Shown piece after piece: positions 17,067 to 26,595 of a stretch of DNA of 64,000 nucleotides. Position 1 is the first letter of the stretch. Each line of letters starts with the position of its first letter. The stretch is from Ignavibacteriota bacterium (lineage in GTDB: Bacteria; Bacteroidota; Ignavibacteria; UBA10030). The stretch is taken from assembly GCA_963701295.1 (NCBI GenBank), contig OY969585.1, forward strand, positions 576,001 to 640,000. Reading direction: 5' to 3'. Below the pieces are notes generated by a model. It did not search any database. It worked only from the letters and a program-made list of their open reading frames with translations, and was not told where the DNA came from. The position numbers and the translations under genes are program-made.

Positions 17067-19616
17067 CTATTTCAGTAGAAGCATCTTCTTATTTGAAATA
17101 AAGTTGCCGGCATTAAGGCTATAGAAATAGACACCTGAAGATAATTTACTTGCATCGAACCTGACAGATTTAAATCCTACATCCATATATGTATCAACAA
17201 GTGTCGCTACTTGTTGACCTAAAATGTTATACACGGACAGCTTTACGTTAGAAGCTTTAGGAATTGAAAAATTAATAACTGTCGTTGGATTAAAAGGATT
17301 CGGATAATTCTGAAACAGCGAATATCCTTTAGGCACTTCTTTTGTAGCCGATAGTACATCCGTTACTACCGCCGGAACGCCATACATAGATACTTCTGCA
17401 ATAGAATAATATGAGAGGCTGCTCTGTGCTTGCAGCAAAAAATTGACATAACGGCCGATGACATTGAGATTCGAGAAGGTTTCCACATAATTTGTTCCGC
17501 CTGTTCCGCTAAACACAGTTGCTATATTCGTCCAGGTACTTGAATCGCTAGAAATATAAATTTTATACGTTTTTGCATATGCCTTATTGCCCCAGTAAAT
17601 AATGAGTTTATTGACTGTATCCGCCATACCGAGATCGATCAGCACCGCCTGCGCTGTCGCCGATGAAGACTGCCATCTGGAATAATTGTTCCCGTCCACG
17701 ATAAAAGATGGATTGCTGTATTGATAACTCGCTGTGTCGTTTGAAGACACGGTCACAGTAGCTCCATACGCTCTGTCGACCTGATCCGGAGGCATAACCG
17801 TGACACTGATCGTCGACGAATCTTGCACATCCCCTTGTGAGCGCAAGATATATGTATTGCTCAATGTCGTCGGATAAACAATCAGCGAACCGACAACTTG
17901 CACGGTACCTGCATTGAGTGTGACAGTGGACCCTTTAACAGCATGCCATTGTAAAAGAGTACTCTCGCCCGTGCCGATTATGGAAGGAAAAGCAGTGAAC
18001 GATACGATTTTTCCCGAAGGTAAAACCGTTAGAACGATCATAGCCGTATCGTTGACCGTTCCGCTTGTGGTCAATGTATACGATGTTGTTATCAAAGGGT
18101 TCACTTTCATGCTGTCTTTCACTGCAACGATTGTTCCGTTTAATTTTACCGTTGACCCCGGTTCAACATCCCAGCGCAGGTACGTGCTGTCGGTCTTTTC
18201 AATGGTATTGCTTCGTGCGGCAAATGTATAGATTGTACCGGTTACCGGATTCGCCTCAATATCGTCATGATAATTCACATACATATATTTCAATGTTGTC
18301 CATGTATCCACTTCAGAATTTGTCATGCTGAAATCGGTATACGACCACATCATCGCGCCCGAATAACCGTTCGCATATAGATTAGGATAAAGATTCAGAT
18401 CACCTACTCCGTCCGTTGCCGTCATATGAAACTCCGCCGCCACAATGGGTTTTGTCAATCCCCAATAGGATGCAGGATGCAGAAATGGAGAAAATTGGGT
18501 TCCATCACCAGTATAGTAATGCACACAATAGAAATCCAACGTACCCAAACTGTCGCCTCCTACTGCAATAAGGCGATCGTCTTTATAATAGTTGTAGTTC
18601 GAGGACACCGCAACTGCCTGCAAATGTGCAACATATTCATTCGCAGTCAAATTGGTGCGATGATGGGCATTAAATGTGTTCGCAAGTTCCTGCTTTTCGG
18701 TGGATGACATTGAACTGAGTTTTTGTAGATCTGAAGTACTCGAAGTAGCGGAAGGAGTAACATCCGTTAATGTCTGGAATGTTACTGCCCCGCTGGTGAC
18801 AAGAGCATTCGGATCCGTGTGATGAATTGCTCCCGCCGTGAGATTGATAAATTGCTGAACCGATGCCATCGGAACATGATTTGTTGTCGACCAACCGAAT
18901 TCGTTTGTCAGACCTTCAGGCTCGTTGAAGATTTCCCATGACCCAATTGCCGGGTGACCTTTGACTGCATTGACCATCGGAATGAGTGCGTTCCGTATAT
19001 ATGTATTCGTATACGATGTATCCGTTAAGAGTTTTGCATTGCGATTCAGTTCTATTGAATTCAATTCGGATGTATTCAACATATCATGAGACCATAAACA
19101 GAGGATAAGACCGATATCATTCGCCTTTGCCATATCCAATATTGTTTTCAAGTTCGCAATGGCGACCGTTCCGGGACCGGTAACATATCCATTTGCATTA
19201 AATACCGGCGTCTGTGCACCGTTTGTATGCAGCCAGAACCGCATAACGTTGCCCCCGTACGAATGGACAGTCCGGAAAATTGTTTTAAATGATGCCGTAT
19301 CCACCGCAGTCGGTCCTAAATCGCCGGCAAAACTAACCCATGCGACATTAAGTCCGCTTATAAAAATATCTCTATTTGCATAATGGACTCTGTTGCCGGA
19401 AGCAGAGTACGATGTTTGATAAAAGGTAAAGAGCATTAAAATGCCCAAATATAATCCCTTTTTATAAAAAGATATTCCTAATAAATTGTTTTTCGCAGAT
19501 TTTCTCCAGAATATCTCAAAGAACGATTGAAACCGACCTTCCTCCTCGAACCTTTCGTAGTCCATTATTCCCTTTCTATTTATAACTGCTCCATCCCTTC
19601 TATTGCATAACAACAA
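17067..19616 (-). CDS. GH5 (subfamily 10-like) endo-beta-mannanase + Ig-like repeats + F5/8 (CBM32) + T9SS CTD; true start probably downstream of 19616
   Basis: ISGLNVAWVSFAGDLG, RFWLHTNG, WEIFNEPEG (acid/base), VHYY, AAEF (nucleophile); VDGNNYSRWQS...IDLG; QNYPNPFNP...KKMLLLK. Confidence 0.85.
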   Translation of the reverse strand: MLLCNRRDGAVINRKGIMDYERFEEEGRFQSFFEIFWRKSAKNNLLGISFYKKGLYLGILMLFTFYQTSYSASGNRVHYANRDIFISGLNVAWVSFAGDLGPTAVDTASFKTIFRTVHSYGGNVMRFWLHTNGAQTPVFNANGYVTGPGTVAIANLKTILDMAKANDIGLILCLWSHDMLNTSELNSIELNRNAKLLTDTSYTNTYIRNALIPMVNAVKGHPAIGSWEIFNEPEGLTNEFGWSTTNHVPMASVQQFINLTAGAIHHTDPNALVTSGAVTFQTLTDVTPSATSSTSDLQKLSSMSSTEKQELANTFNAHHRTNLTANEYVAHLQAVAVSSNYNYYKDDRLIAVGGDSLGTLDFYCVHYYTGDGTQFSPFLHPASYWGLTKPIVAAEFHMTATDGVGDLNLYPNLYANGYSGAMMWSYTDFSMTNSEVDTWTTLKYMYVNYHDDIEANPVTGTIYTFAARSNTIEKTDSTYLRWDVEPGSTVKLNGTIVAVKDSMKVNPLITTSYTLTTSGTVNDTAMIVLTVLPSGKIVSFTAFPSIIGTGESTLLQWHAVKGSTVTLNAGTVQVVGSLIVYPTTLSNTYILRSQGDVQDSSTISVTVMPPDQVDRAYGATVTVSSNDTASYQYSNPSFIVDGNNYSRWQSSSATAQAVLIDLGMADTVNKLIIYWGNKAYAKTYKIYISSDSSTWTNIATVFSGTGGTNYVETFSNLNVIGRYVNFLLQAQSSLSYYSIAEVSMYGVPAVVTDVLSATKEVPKGYSLFQNYPNPFNPTTVINFSIPKASNVKLSVYNILGQQVATLVDTYMDVGFKSVRFDASKLSSGVYFYSLNAGNFISNKKMLLLK

Positions 19617-19619
19617 AAA

Positions 19620-21245
19620 TCACTTTCCAATATATTTTTTCAATGTCGCTTCCAAATTTTGTCCTGTTAAATCTTTTCCTTTTGCAACGACAATACCTTT
19701 CGGATCAATCAGGATTCTTTCCGGAACACCGATGACATGATATTTTCTCGCAAGAGGATGATATTCACCTCCTAAAAAGGCGTTCATCCATGGCATTTCC
19801 CATTTGGTCTTTCTGAACTGAATCACTGCTTGACTTGAAGAATCCATCGAAAGACTGAATATCTGAAGCTTCTTTTCGTAGAGTTCGAACAGCGCATACA
19901 GCACTTTCATATCATTCATGCATGTTGGACTCCAAGAAGCCCAGAAGTCGATTAAACAATATTTCCCTCTGAAGAAATCATTCGTTATAATCTTTGTCGA
20001 ATCATCCATCAATGGAACAGAAAAAGGCAAAGCAGATTCTCCTATAACATTCTCGAACTGGTATGGAAATTGCTCACGAGCCTCTTTCCCTTCCGGTGTA
20101 TCAGCATATTGATTAACAAGAAGTTTGTAATAATAAGCTGTTTTTTCCATATTTTCCGAAAATTTTGAAATCATAAACATATCGTATAACAAAATAGACT
20201 TTATTCTTCTATTTTGATTATTCTTTAAAACACATTCAACAAATTCTTCCTGTTTCTCTTTTGAGAGATTCGAATGCGTGAGTGCATATTGGAGATTGTG
20301 TGGATACAATATCCAAAATGGAGAGACGGGATCTATATCTTTGAGCATGGAAGTATAATATTTTGGATCCCCTACCCTATTACGGACGGCGATCATCATC
20401 TCTATCATTCGTAATTGTTTCCGCAATGCGGTATCAGTTTCCGAAGAAATACATTTTGCAATATATTCTTTCGTTGGAGACCAATCGTATGTTTCGCTCT
20501 GCTTCCTTTCATATACAGCAACAAAATAAAGCGAATCATTCCTATCGATACTCTTTTGAAAGTAATCAGCATAAAGTGTAAATTTCGAAACGCGTGAAAG
20601 CGAATCATCTAACGTTATTCCATATCTTTTACCGTAACTTGGAAATTCTCGTGGATCAAAAACCACATTTACTTTGCCATTCCGAGCAGAAACTACCGAA
20701 CAATATCCCTGTTTTTCGTTCCACACATAACGTTCGGCTTGTGTCCCTGCGACCGGTCCATCCCAGCAGACATTAATCAGTTTGTAGACAACCGTATCTT
20801 CTTTAGTATCAAACTCGCCGCTGTATTTCCCATTTCCTTGTTTCTTCAACTTTATTGCATTTGGAGCATACCAAAGATTAAGTTTACTAACCATTCCGAC
20901 TTGATCGAAATCTTTTCGAAAATTAGAGGCTTGCAAACGAACATCGAGATGGATGGCTTTTTCTTTTTCAAGATACAATGCCACATAATAATCTCTGTGA
21001 TATAAACCCAAAAATCGCAGCATCCATGGGCCGGACTTTTGAACCTCAATTTCGTATGCCCCATCCTTCCCCGCATCCACTTGTTTCTCAATGATGCAAT
21101 CTGGAAATTGTCCAAGAATCACTTTTGCTGCAACCATCGGTTTACCGTCCGACCCGGAAATGACACCGTGTACAACCGTTTGTGACTCAAGAGAAAATGA
21201 AAAAATGATTATTAGAAACAATAAAATTCGGATTTTCAATATCAC
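19620..21245 (-). CDS. Secreted TlpA/redoxin-domain protein with N-terminal carboxypeptidase-regulatory-like domain; SxxC active site
   Basis: FRGKYCLIDFWASWSPTC, GVPERILIDPKG; signal peptide. Confidence 0.8.
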   Translation of the reverse strand: MILKIRILLFLIIIFSFSLESQTVVHGVISGSDGKPMVAAKVILGQFPDCIIEKQVDAGKDGAYEIEVQKSGPWMLRFLGLYHRDYYVALYLEKEKAIHLDVRLQASNFRKDFDQVGMVSKLNLWYAPNAIKLKKQGNGKYSGEFDTKEDTVVYKLINVCWDGPVAGTQAERYVWNEKQGYCSVVSARNGKVNVVFDPREFPSYGKRYGITLDDSLSRVSKFTLYADYFQKSIDRNDSLYFVAVYERKQSETYDWSPTKEYIAKCISSETDTALRKQLRMIEMMIAVRNRVGDPKYYTSMLKDIDPVSPFWILYPHNLQYALTHSNLSKEKQEEFVECVLKNNQNRRIKSILLYDMFMISKFSENMEKTAYYYKLLVNQYADTPEGKEAREQFPYQFENVIGESALPFSVPLMDDSTKIITNDFFRGKYCLIDFWASWSPTCMNDMKVLYALFELYEKKLQIFSLSMDSSSQAVIQFRKTKWEMPWMNAFLGGEYHPLARKYHVIGVPERILIDPKGIVVAKGKDLTGQNLEATLKKYIGK

Positions 21246-21334
21246 TTTTTTTAATGTTTTATTTCTTTCTTACACATCGAACTTGACTATAGTGACTTCT
21301 CTTGCTGAATATAAACTTTTTCCCCCCATTAAAC

Positions 21335-21371
21335 AAAAAGACCGGATAATTAGTACATTGCCCGGTCTTTT
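21335..21371. terminator. Intrinsic terminator
   Basis: AAAAGACCGG...CCGGTCTTTT inverted repeat after the 21418 CDS. Confidence 0.6.
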
Positions 21372-21417
21372 CATTTTTTACCATTTCAATTTAAATCACA
21401 AAATGGATTTCTTCCTT

Positions 21418-23148
21418 TTACTTCATCATAACCATTTTCTTTACAAGAAGTTGATTACCTGCTTGCAGGCTATAGAAATATACACCGCTCGCAAATTTGC
21501 TTCCGTCGAATGTTACGGCATGATCGCCGGCACTTTGCATACCGGATATTAGAGTTTCGACTTCCTGTCCGAGGATATTAAATACTTTCAAATTGACTGT
21601 TCCCATAGTCGAAAGAGAATATTTAATCTGTGTTGTTGGGTTGAAAGGATTCGGATAATTCTGACCAAGAGAATACTTATTTGGAATAACGGTTTGAGTT
21701 CCCTTTACGGAAGTAACAATCCCTCCGGTATGAGTCAAGTCATTTTCAGAACTCCACGATGCTTTTTGTGTTGGGAACCAACGCAAATCACCGATCGGGA
21801 ATGAAAAATAGCCGCCTTTTGCAAGTGTATCGTTTGCATAGGCAAGATTTTCCGTAAACGGCCAAACTAAGGCTTGATAATCCGGTTTGTACATCCAGTT
21901 GACATTTCCACCGGCGCCATACCGTGCTTTTAAGAATGACCATATGCTGTCATAGTTCGTCGGTTCCACTTGAAATCGAGGATTGTATATTCCCGTGTTA
22001 TCATCATCAATAAGGTTATTGACTGACTTGCAATTTCCGCCAAGTGTATAAAGCGACTTGTCAAAGAATGCGGCGCTGCGATCATTCATCCACGGCTCAG
22101 GCAAAATAATGCGTTGTCCATAATCTGGTGCAGTAATCGGTACTGTATCGTTATAGGCCGCATAGAATGTATCAAACCACGGCTCTCTATAATTGGCGTT
22201 ATTGGCAATAACAAGGATACGTTTATTTTCTGTTGTGCCATTTGTAACATCGATAGCTCTGTTACATGTATCAATATTAAGCACGCCATACAGTTGATTA
22301 TCCAAATCTTGACCAGCACGATCCGCATAACGTTCTCCAGTATAATGGCAATTTACAAACAAATTGTTTGTAACATAGGCGTGATACCAATAGCTTTCCT
22401 GAATGGCAAACTTCGAAACGTTCAAGAAGGTATTATGGTTATAATATGCATAACCTATATACTGTCCTTGCGTTTGAATTCCAAAGCCCACGTTGTAATA
22501 GCTGCAATTTTCGCTGTAACAGGTATCTCCTGTTGCGACATTTACATTATAATAAATAGAACGCCCTCCCCACCACTGACTGGGATCGACGCAATTCCTG
22601 ATAATGCAATTTGTGAACCAAGAATTAAAATGATGCCCATTCGTAATGATAGTGGGAGCTTGGTCCAAATCAAAAATGCAATTATCGAACCTGCAATACG
22701 TACTGTCGTTATTGAAAGTCATTTGAATCCACGACTGCGCACCGGTATTATCTTCATATGAAAACCAAACATTCGTTGCTATTATAGAACCATAGCAGTT
22801 AAAATTCGACGTATAATAAACGCCAGAAACATATCCGGGCTGAATCATCGCCATACTGGTCGAAGGATCATTCCCCGGTATTTCGCCGTATAATCTAACG
22901 ACACGGTGTTTATTAGTTACAATGGAACCGTTTAAAAGGTAAATATAACCCTTATGCAATCCATAGATTCTATTCGGATATGCTGCAGTTCCATCAGGAA
23001 GCGTGTCTCCAGCAATAACAGTGTTGATATCGCCCAGCGCATACGAATCGATCCATAAAGTATCGCCTGATTGATGAGTTGTCTGTGCGGGTAACTTTGT
23101 AAGCCCCAAACATAGCAAAACAGCCAAATATAATACACTTTTTTTCAT
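21418..23148 (-). CDS. T9SS-sorted protein, probable parallel beta-helix, directly downstream of the TBDR
   Basis: Signal peptide; repeated FDNCIF / FTNCII / SENCSY / NHNTF / TNNLF; PIGDLRWFP; QNYPNPFNP CTD. Confidence 0.8.
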   Translation of the reverse strand: MKKSVLYLAVLLCLGLTKLPAQTTHQSGDTLWIDSYALGDINTVIAGDTLPDGTAAYPNRIYGLHKGYIYLLNGSIVTNKHRVVRLYGEIPGNDPSTSMAMIQPGYVSGVYYTSNFNCYGSIIATNVWFSYEDNTGAQSWIQMTFNNDSTYCRFDNCIFDLDQAPTIITNGHHFNSWFTNCIIRNCVDPSQWWGGRSIYYNVNVATGDTCYSENCSYYNVGFGIQTQGQYIGYAYYNHNTFLNVSKFAIQESYWYHAYVTNNLFVNCHYTGERYADRAGQDLDNQLYGVLNIDTCNRAIDVTNGTTENKRILVIANNANYREPWFDTFYAAYNDTVPITAPDYGQRIILPEPWMNDRSAAFFDKSLYTLGGNCKSVNNLIDDDNTGIYNPRFQVEPTNYDSIWSFLKARYGAGGNVNWMYKPDYQALVWPFTENLAYANDTLAKGGYFSFPIGDLRWFPTQKASWSSENDLTHTGGIVTSVKGTQTVIPNKYSLGQNYPNPFNPTTQIKYSLSTMGTVNLKVFNILGQEVETLISGMQSAGDHAVTFDGSKFASGVYFYSLQAGNQLLVKKMVMMK

Positions 23149-23254
23149 TGTTCTTCTCCTTTGAAGTTTGTTTATTGTATAAAAAACACGTTGAATCGTT
23201 TGGGCTTTTTTACCTCCTTTCTACTTCTTGAAAATAATATGTTTTTTTTATTCA

Positions 23255-26200
23255 TTAAAATATATATCGAACACCTATGTCAACCGTCAAACCATAGAAC
23301 TGTTCCGATGATATTGCACCAACCCTGGCATTCCTTGAAATATTAGCCTGTTCTGTAAGATTAGTTCCATTCAAATACAACTCCAACCCTTTCCAAGGCA
23401 ATTGTTGCCTAAGAGATACATCTAACTGAGAATAGGGGTCATTATCGCCATCTGTTTCAGGCCGTAAAGCGATATACCCGATGGTTTTACCTTGGTACAA
23501 GTATGATATTCTGCCTGAGAAACCTTTATAGTCGTATCCCAAGGTGACATTGAAAATATCGTTCGGTTGGTTTACCAATGGACCAGCTGTGGATGAATCA
23601 ATAAAATTAGTTACTGATAGTTTAGGGGTTGGATGAGTCGTTACAGCCATTTTAAGAGGATAGATAGCATTGGACTGGATATGGGTATAATTGACATTAA
23701 AGACCAAGCCATTGAGTGGGGCTGGCAAATACCAAAAACGAGTTTGCCAATCCACTTCAACTCCTTTTAAATATGCATTGTTCGTTAAGTTGACCCAGGA
23801 ATTTACCTGAGTCGAGCCGAGATTTACATTTACTAAATTATTATATAAGTTCTTAAAATACGATGCACTCTCGAATCCTTTTGGTGTTAATGAATCAGGA
23901 AATATATTATATTGGGTTGCATAGATAAAGTTCTTGATAGTTTTATAGAACCCGCTCACCGAAAATAATCCGATCATGTTGCCATGCACAGTAAACATTA
24001 CGTCATGATTATATGATTCTGCGGGTATAAGATTCGGATTGCCAGTATAAATATTTGCACTCGTATTATCTTCAAGAAGGTACGGTGAGTTTGCCGTATA
24101 ACTCGGACGCGCAAGAGTCTGTGTATACGCATAACGAATGTCTATATTTTCAGATACATCATATTTTGCCTGTATATCCGGCAGCCAATAATGATTTTCA
24201 GTATTTGAGTGGACAGTCAGATACTGCTGTCCCACAGGACTTTCAGTCGCCTTCATTGCATACGCAGTGAATTTCGTTACATCTTCTTCAAATCTTGCAC
24301 CTCCCGTAACAGAGAAACTTGTACCAATATTCAACTCAGCCATCGAATAGGCAGCAGAGCGTTTTTCATTATTTATATAATCGTTTGCCACAATTTGCCA
24401 TGGCCCATTATACCATGATTCGTTGTTGTTAAAATTATTTAGATATGCTTTATCGCTTTCAACAAAATTCATCATATCACCGAGTACACCGTTAGTAGGC
24501 GCCCAAATAAGGTTTCCCCATCGGTTGCCTAAAAAATTTGAAATCAGACTCTGTTGATTCTTCGCGGCAAAATTATATGCCCAAAAAGTGCCAGCTCCAT
24601 TATTGGGGTCACGTATTAATTGGCTAAATTCCGGTTGTGCCGCAATCCTATCGTTAAAACCTCTACTGCCGCCATAAAACGGCTCAGCATACGGATTATC
24701 TTGATTGTTATCGCGATCATTACTTTGGAATTTGCCTCCGAATTTAAAATAACCCGAAATATCTGTCGTTAACGTAAACGGTATTTTAAAATTGATGGCA
24801 TACGTTTGTCCATTATCTTTAAAGAAGTACGATCCATCACCCAACTCATAAAGGCGTGTAGTTGTATCAAATGACGCCCCTGTAGTTGCGATAAGATATT
24901 CAGGGGTTTGATTTACAAGAGCATGTGCACTTATAGATTTCAAAGCACTCTGATCCCAGAAGAGGAATGTAAAATCATGTGGCACGGTTTGCTGCGTAAA
25001 AGAATTTGAAACGCTAAAATCTGCAGAAACAAAGCCAAAATCGTACTTACCTTGAACCGAATTCGTTGCTGCATCAGTTGTGCCTTTACCATACCGTAAT
25101 GTATAATCAATGTTTTGACCGCTGTAATCGTAATTTGTCGTATAGTCAGTCGAATTTGAAATCAGTTTGCTGCCCATGTTGATTATCGAAATCGAACCTT
25201 CAGGCAGTTTAAAATCGAGGATTAAATTAGCTCCATAACGCGTCCGTGTTTCATCATGCCTATCCAGTTGAATATTATTAAGCGAAACATTGGCTATTCC
25301 TGTATTTTGATTGACAGATGTTACAGAATAACCGGAACTGAGATTATCCGCACTTCGGTCATACTGTTCTGCATTAGCAAGAAAGTATACGCCCATAACA
25401 TCGTTAAAAAATCTGTCGCTTACATCACCTGTAGCCCTGAAGTTATTATACGTATTTGATTTATGAACATAACCGCTTTGCCATTTCAAATCAGTGTGGA
25501 ATCCGCTCGGAGCTTCACGGAGCTGCATGTTGATATAACCACCGACTGCATCTGCTTCCATATCCGGCAAAAGCGTTTTATGGACCTCAATGGACTGTAA
25601 CATATTAGGACTGATCATCGAAATATCTGTGCTTCGATCCTGCGATTGTGACTTATTAGGATATGCAGGGTCATTGTTATTTAAACCTGAAGCATCACCT
25701 GTGCCGCCCAAAGTAATACCGTTGATAGCCACTAAATTATATTGAGGGTCAACGCCGCGGATAACGACTTTGCTGGCCTCACCGGAATTTCGCATTGTCG
25801 AAACACCGGGCAGACGTCCAATTGCTTCTGCTGCGTTGGCATCCGGCAATTCCTGTATTTTCGCTTGAGAAACAATGTTTACCATATTTTTCGCGGCAAG
25901 CTGTTGGTTGATCGCCTCAATCTGTCCTTGTGCCTGAGCCGTCACTGTAACGACTTCACCGACGATAACTTCTGTGAGCAAACTAAAATTTTCTTCTTTC
26001 ACTTCTCCACTTGTCACAGTTACCTCGCGGGTATCTTTTTTGTAACCCACATAGGAAACTTTTAATGTATATGTTCCGGCGGGAACATTTTTTATGACGT
26101 AGTTTCCTTCATTATCTGTAGCTGCGCCCAAGCTCGAATTTTGAATAACTATATTTACTCCAATTAACTCATCCCCTTTTTCTTTATCAAGAACACGTCC

Positions 26201-26308
26201 CTTTATCGTACCGCTGCCTTGAGCGAAAGCAACCTGAAGAACGAAAACAAAACTAAGACACAAAACAAGAAACAAACAGTCAAACATCCGCAATTTTTGA
26301 ATTGCCAT
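23255..26308 (-). CDS. TonB-dependent receptor (carbohydrate uptake)
   Basis: CarboxypepD_reg N-domain; plug (ELPDANAAEAIGRLPGVS, IRGV); GNPNLIP; NLT; terminal aromatic residues VRYIF. Confidence 0.95.
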   Translation of the reverse strand: MAIQKLRMFDCLFLVLCLSFVFVLQVAFAQGSGTIKGRVLDKEKGDELIGVNIVIQNSSLGAATDNEGNYVIKNVPAGTYTLKVSYVGYKKDTREVTVTSGEVKEENFSLLTEVIVGEVVTVTAQAQGQIEAINQQLAAKNMVNIVSQAKIQELPDANAAEAIGRLPGVSTMRNSGEASKVVIRGVDPQYNLVAINGITLGGTGDASGLNNNDPAYPNKSQSQDRSTDISMISPNMLQSIEVHKTLLPDMEADAVGGYINMQLREAPSGFHTDLKWQSGYVHKSNTYNNFRATGDVSDRFFNDVMGVYFLANAEQYDRSADNLSSGYSVTSVNQNTGIANVSLNNIQLDRHDETRTRYGANLILDFKLPEGSISIINMGSKLISNSTDYTTNYDYSGQNIDYTLRYGKGTTDAATNSVQGKYDFGFVSADFSVSNSFTQQTVPHDFTFLFWDQSALKSISAHALVNQTPEYLIATTGASFDTTTRLYELGDGSYFFKDNGQTYAINFKIPFTLTTDISGYFKFGGKFQSNDRDNNQDNPYAEPFYGGSRGFNDRIAAQPEFSQLIRDPNNGAGTFWAYNFAAKNQQSLISNFLGNRWGNLIWAPTNGVLGDMMNFVESDKAYLNNFNNNESWYNGPWQIVANDYINNEKRSAAYSMAELNIGTSFSVTGGARFEEDVTKFTAYAMKATESPVGQQYLTVHSNTENHYWLPDIQAKYDVSENIDIRYAYTQTLARPSYTANSPYLLEDNTSANIYTGNPNLIPAESYNHDVMFTVHGNMIGLFSVSGFYKTIKNFIYATQYNIFPDSLTPKGFESASYFKNLYNNLVNVNLGSTQVNSWVNLTNNAYLKGVEVDWQTRFWYLPAPLNGLVFNVNYTHIQSNAIYPLKMAVTTHPTPKLSVTNFIDSSTAGPLVNQPNDIFNVTLGYDYKGFSGRISYLYQGKTIGYIALRPETDGDNDPYSQLDVSLRQQLPWKGLELYLNGTNLTEQANISRNARVGAISSEQFYGLTVDIGVRYIF

Positions 26309-26533
26309 ATTAATCTCCTCTTCTTTTATCTGATTCTATCGCCCTATAGAATGATCATTCAAATCCATGCTTACAGCATTTAAAAAATTCGAACGATTGA
26401 TATGAACCTTGCAATAAGTACAAAGAACCAAGACAAACCCTGCGCAACATCACCCTGCGCTTTAGAACTTCATGCATAGCGTTTAATAAAAAATACTCGA
26501 GACAAGCTTTCCACGCATAAACAAAAGCGGCAT

Positions 26534-26556
26534 TGGCGGCATCTTGGATGCCGCCA
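26534..26556 (-). terminator. Stem-loop between the T9SS binding protein and the TBDR
   Basis: Perfect 10-bp stem TGGCGGCATC-ttg-GATGCCGCCA; T-tract follows on the minus strand. Confidence 0.65.
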
Positions 26557-26595
26557 TATTCGCATTTACTGAAACATTTGAAACGATATTACTAA

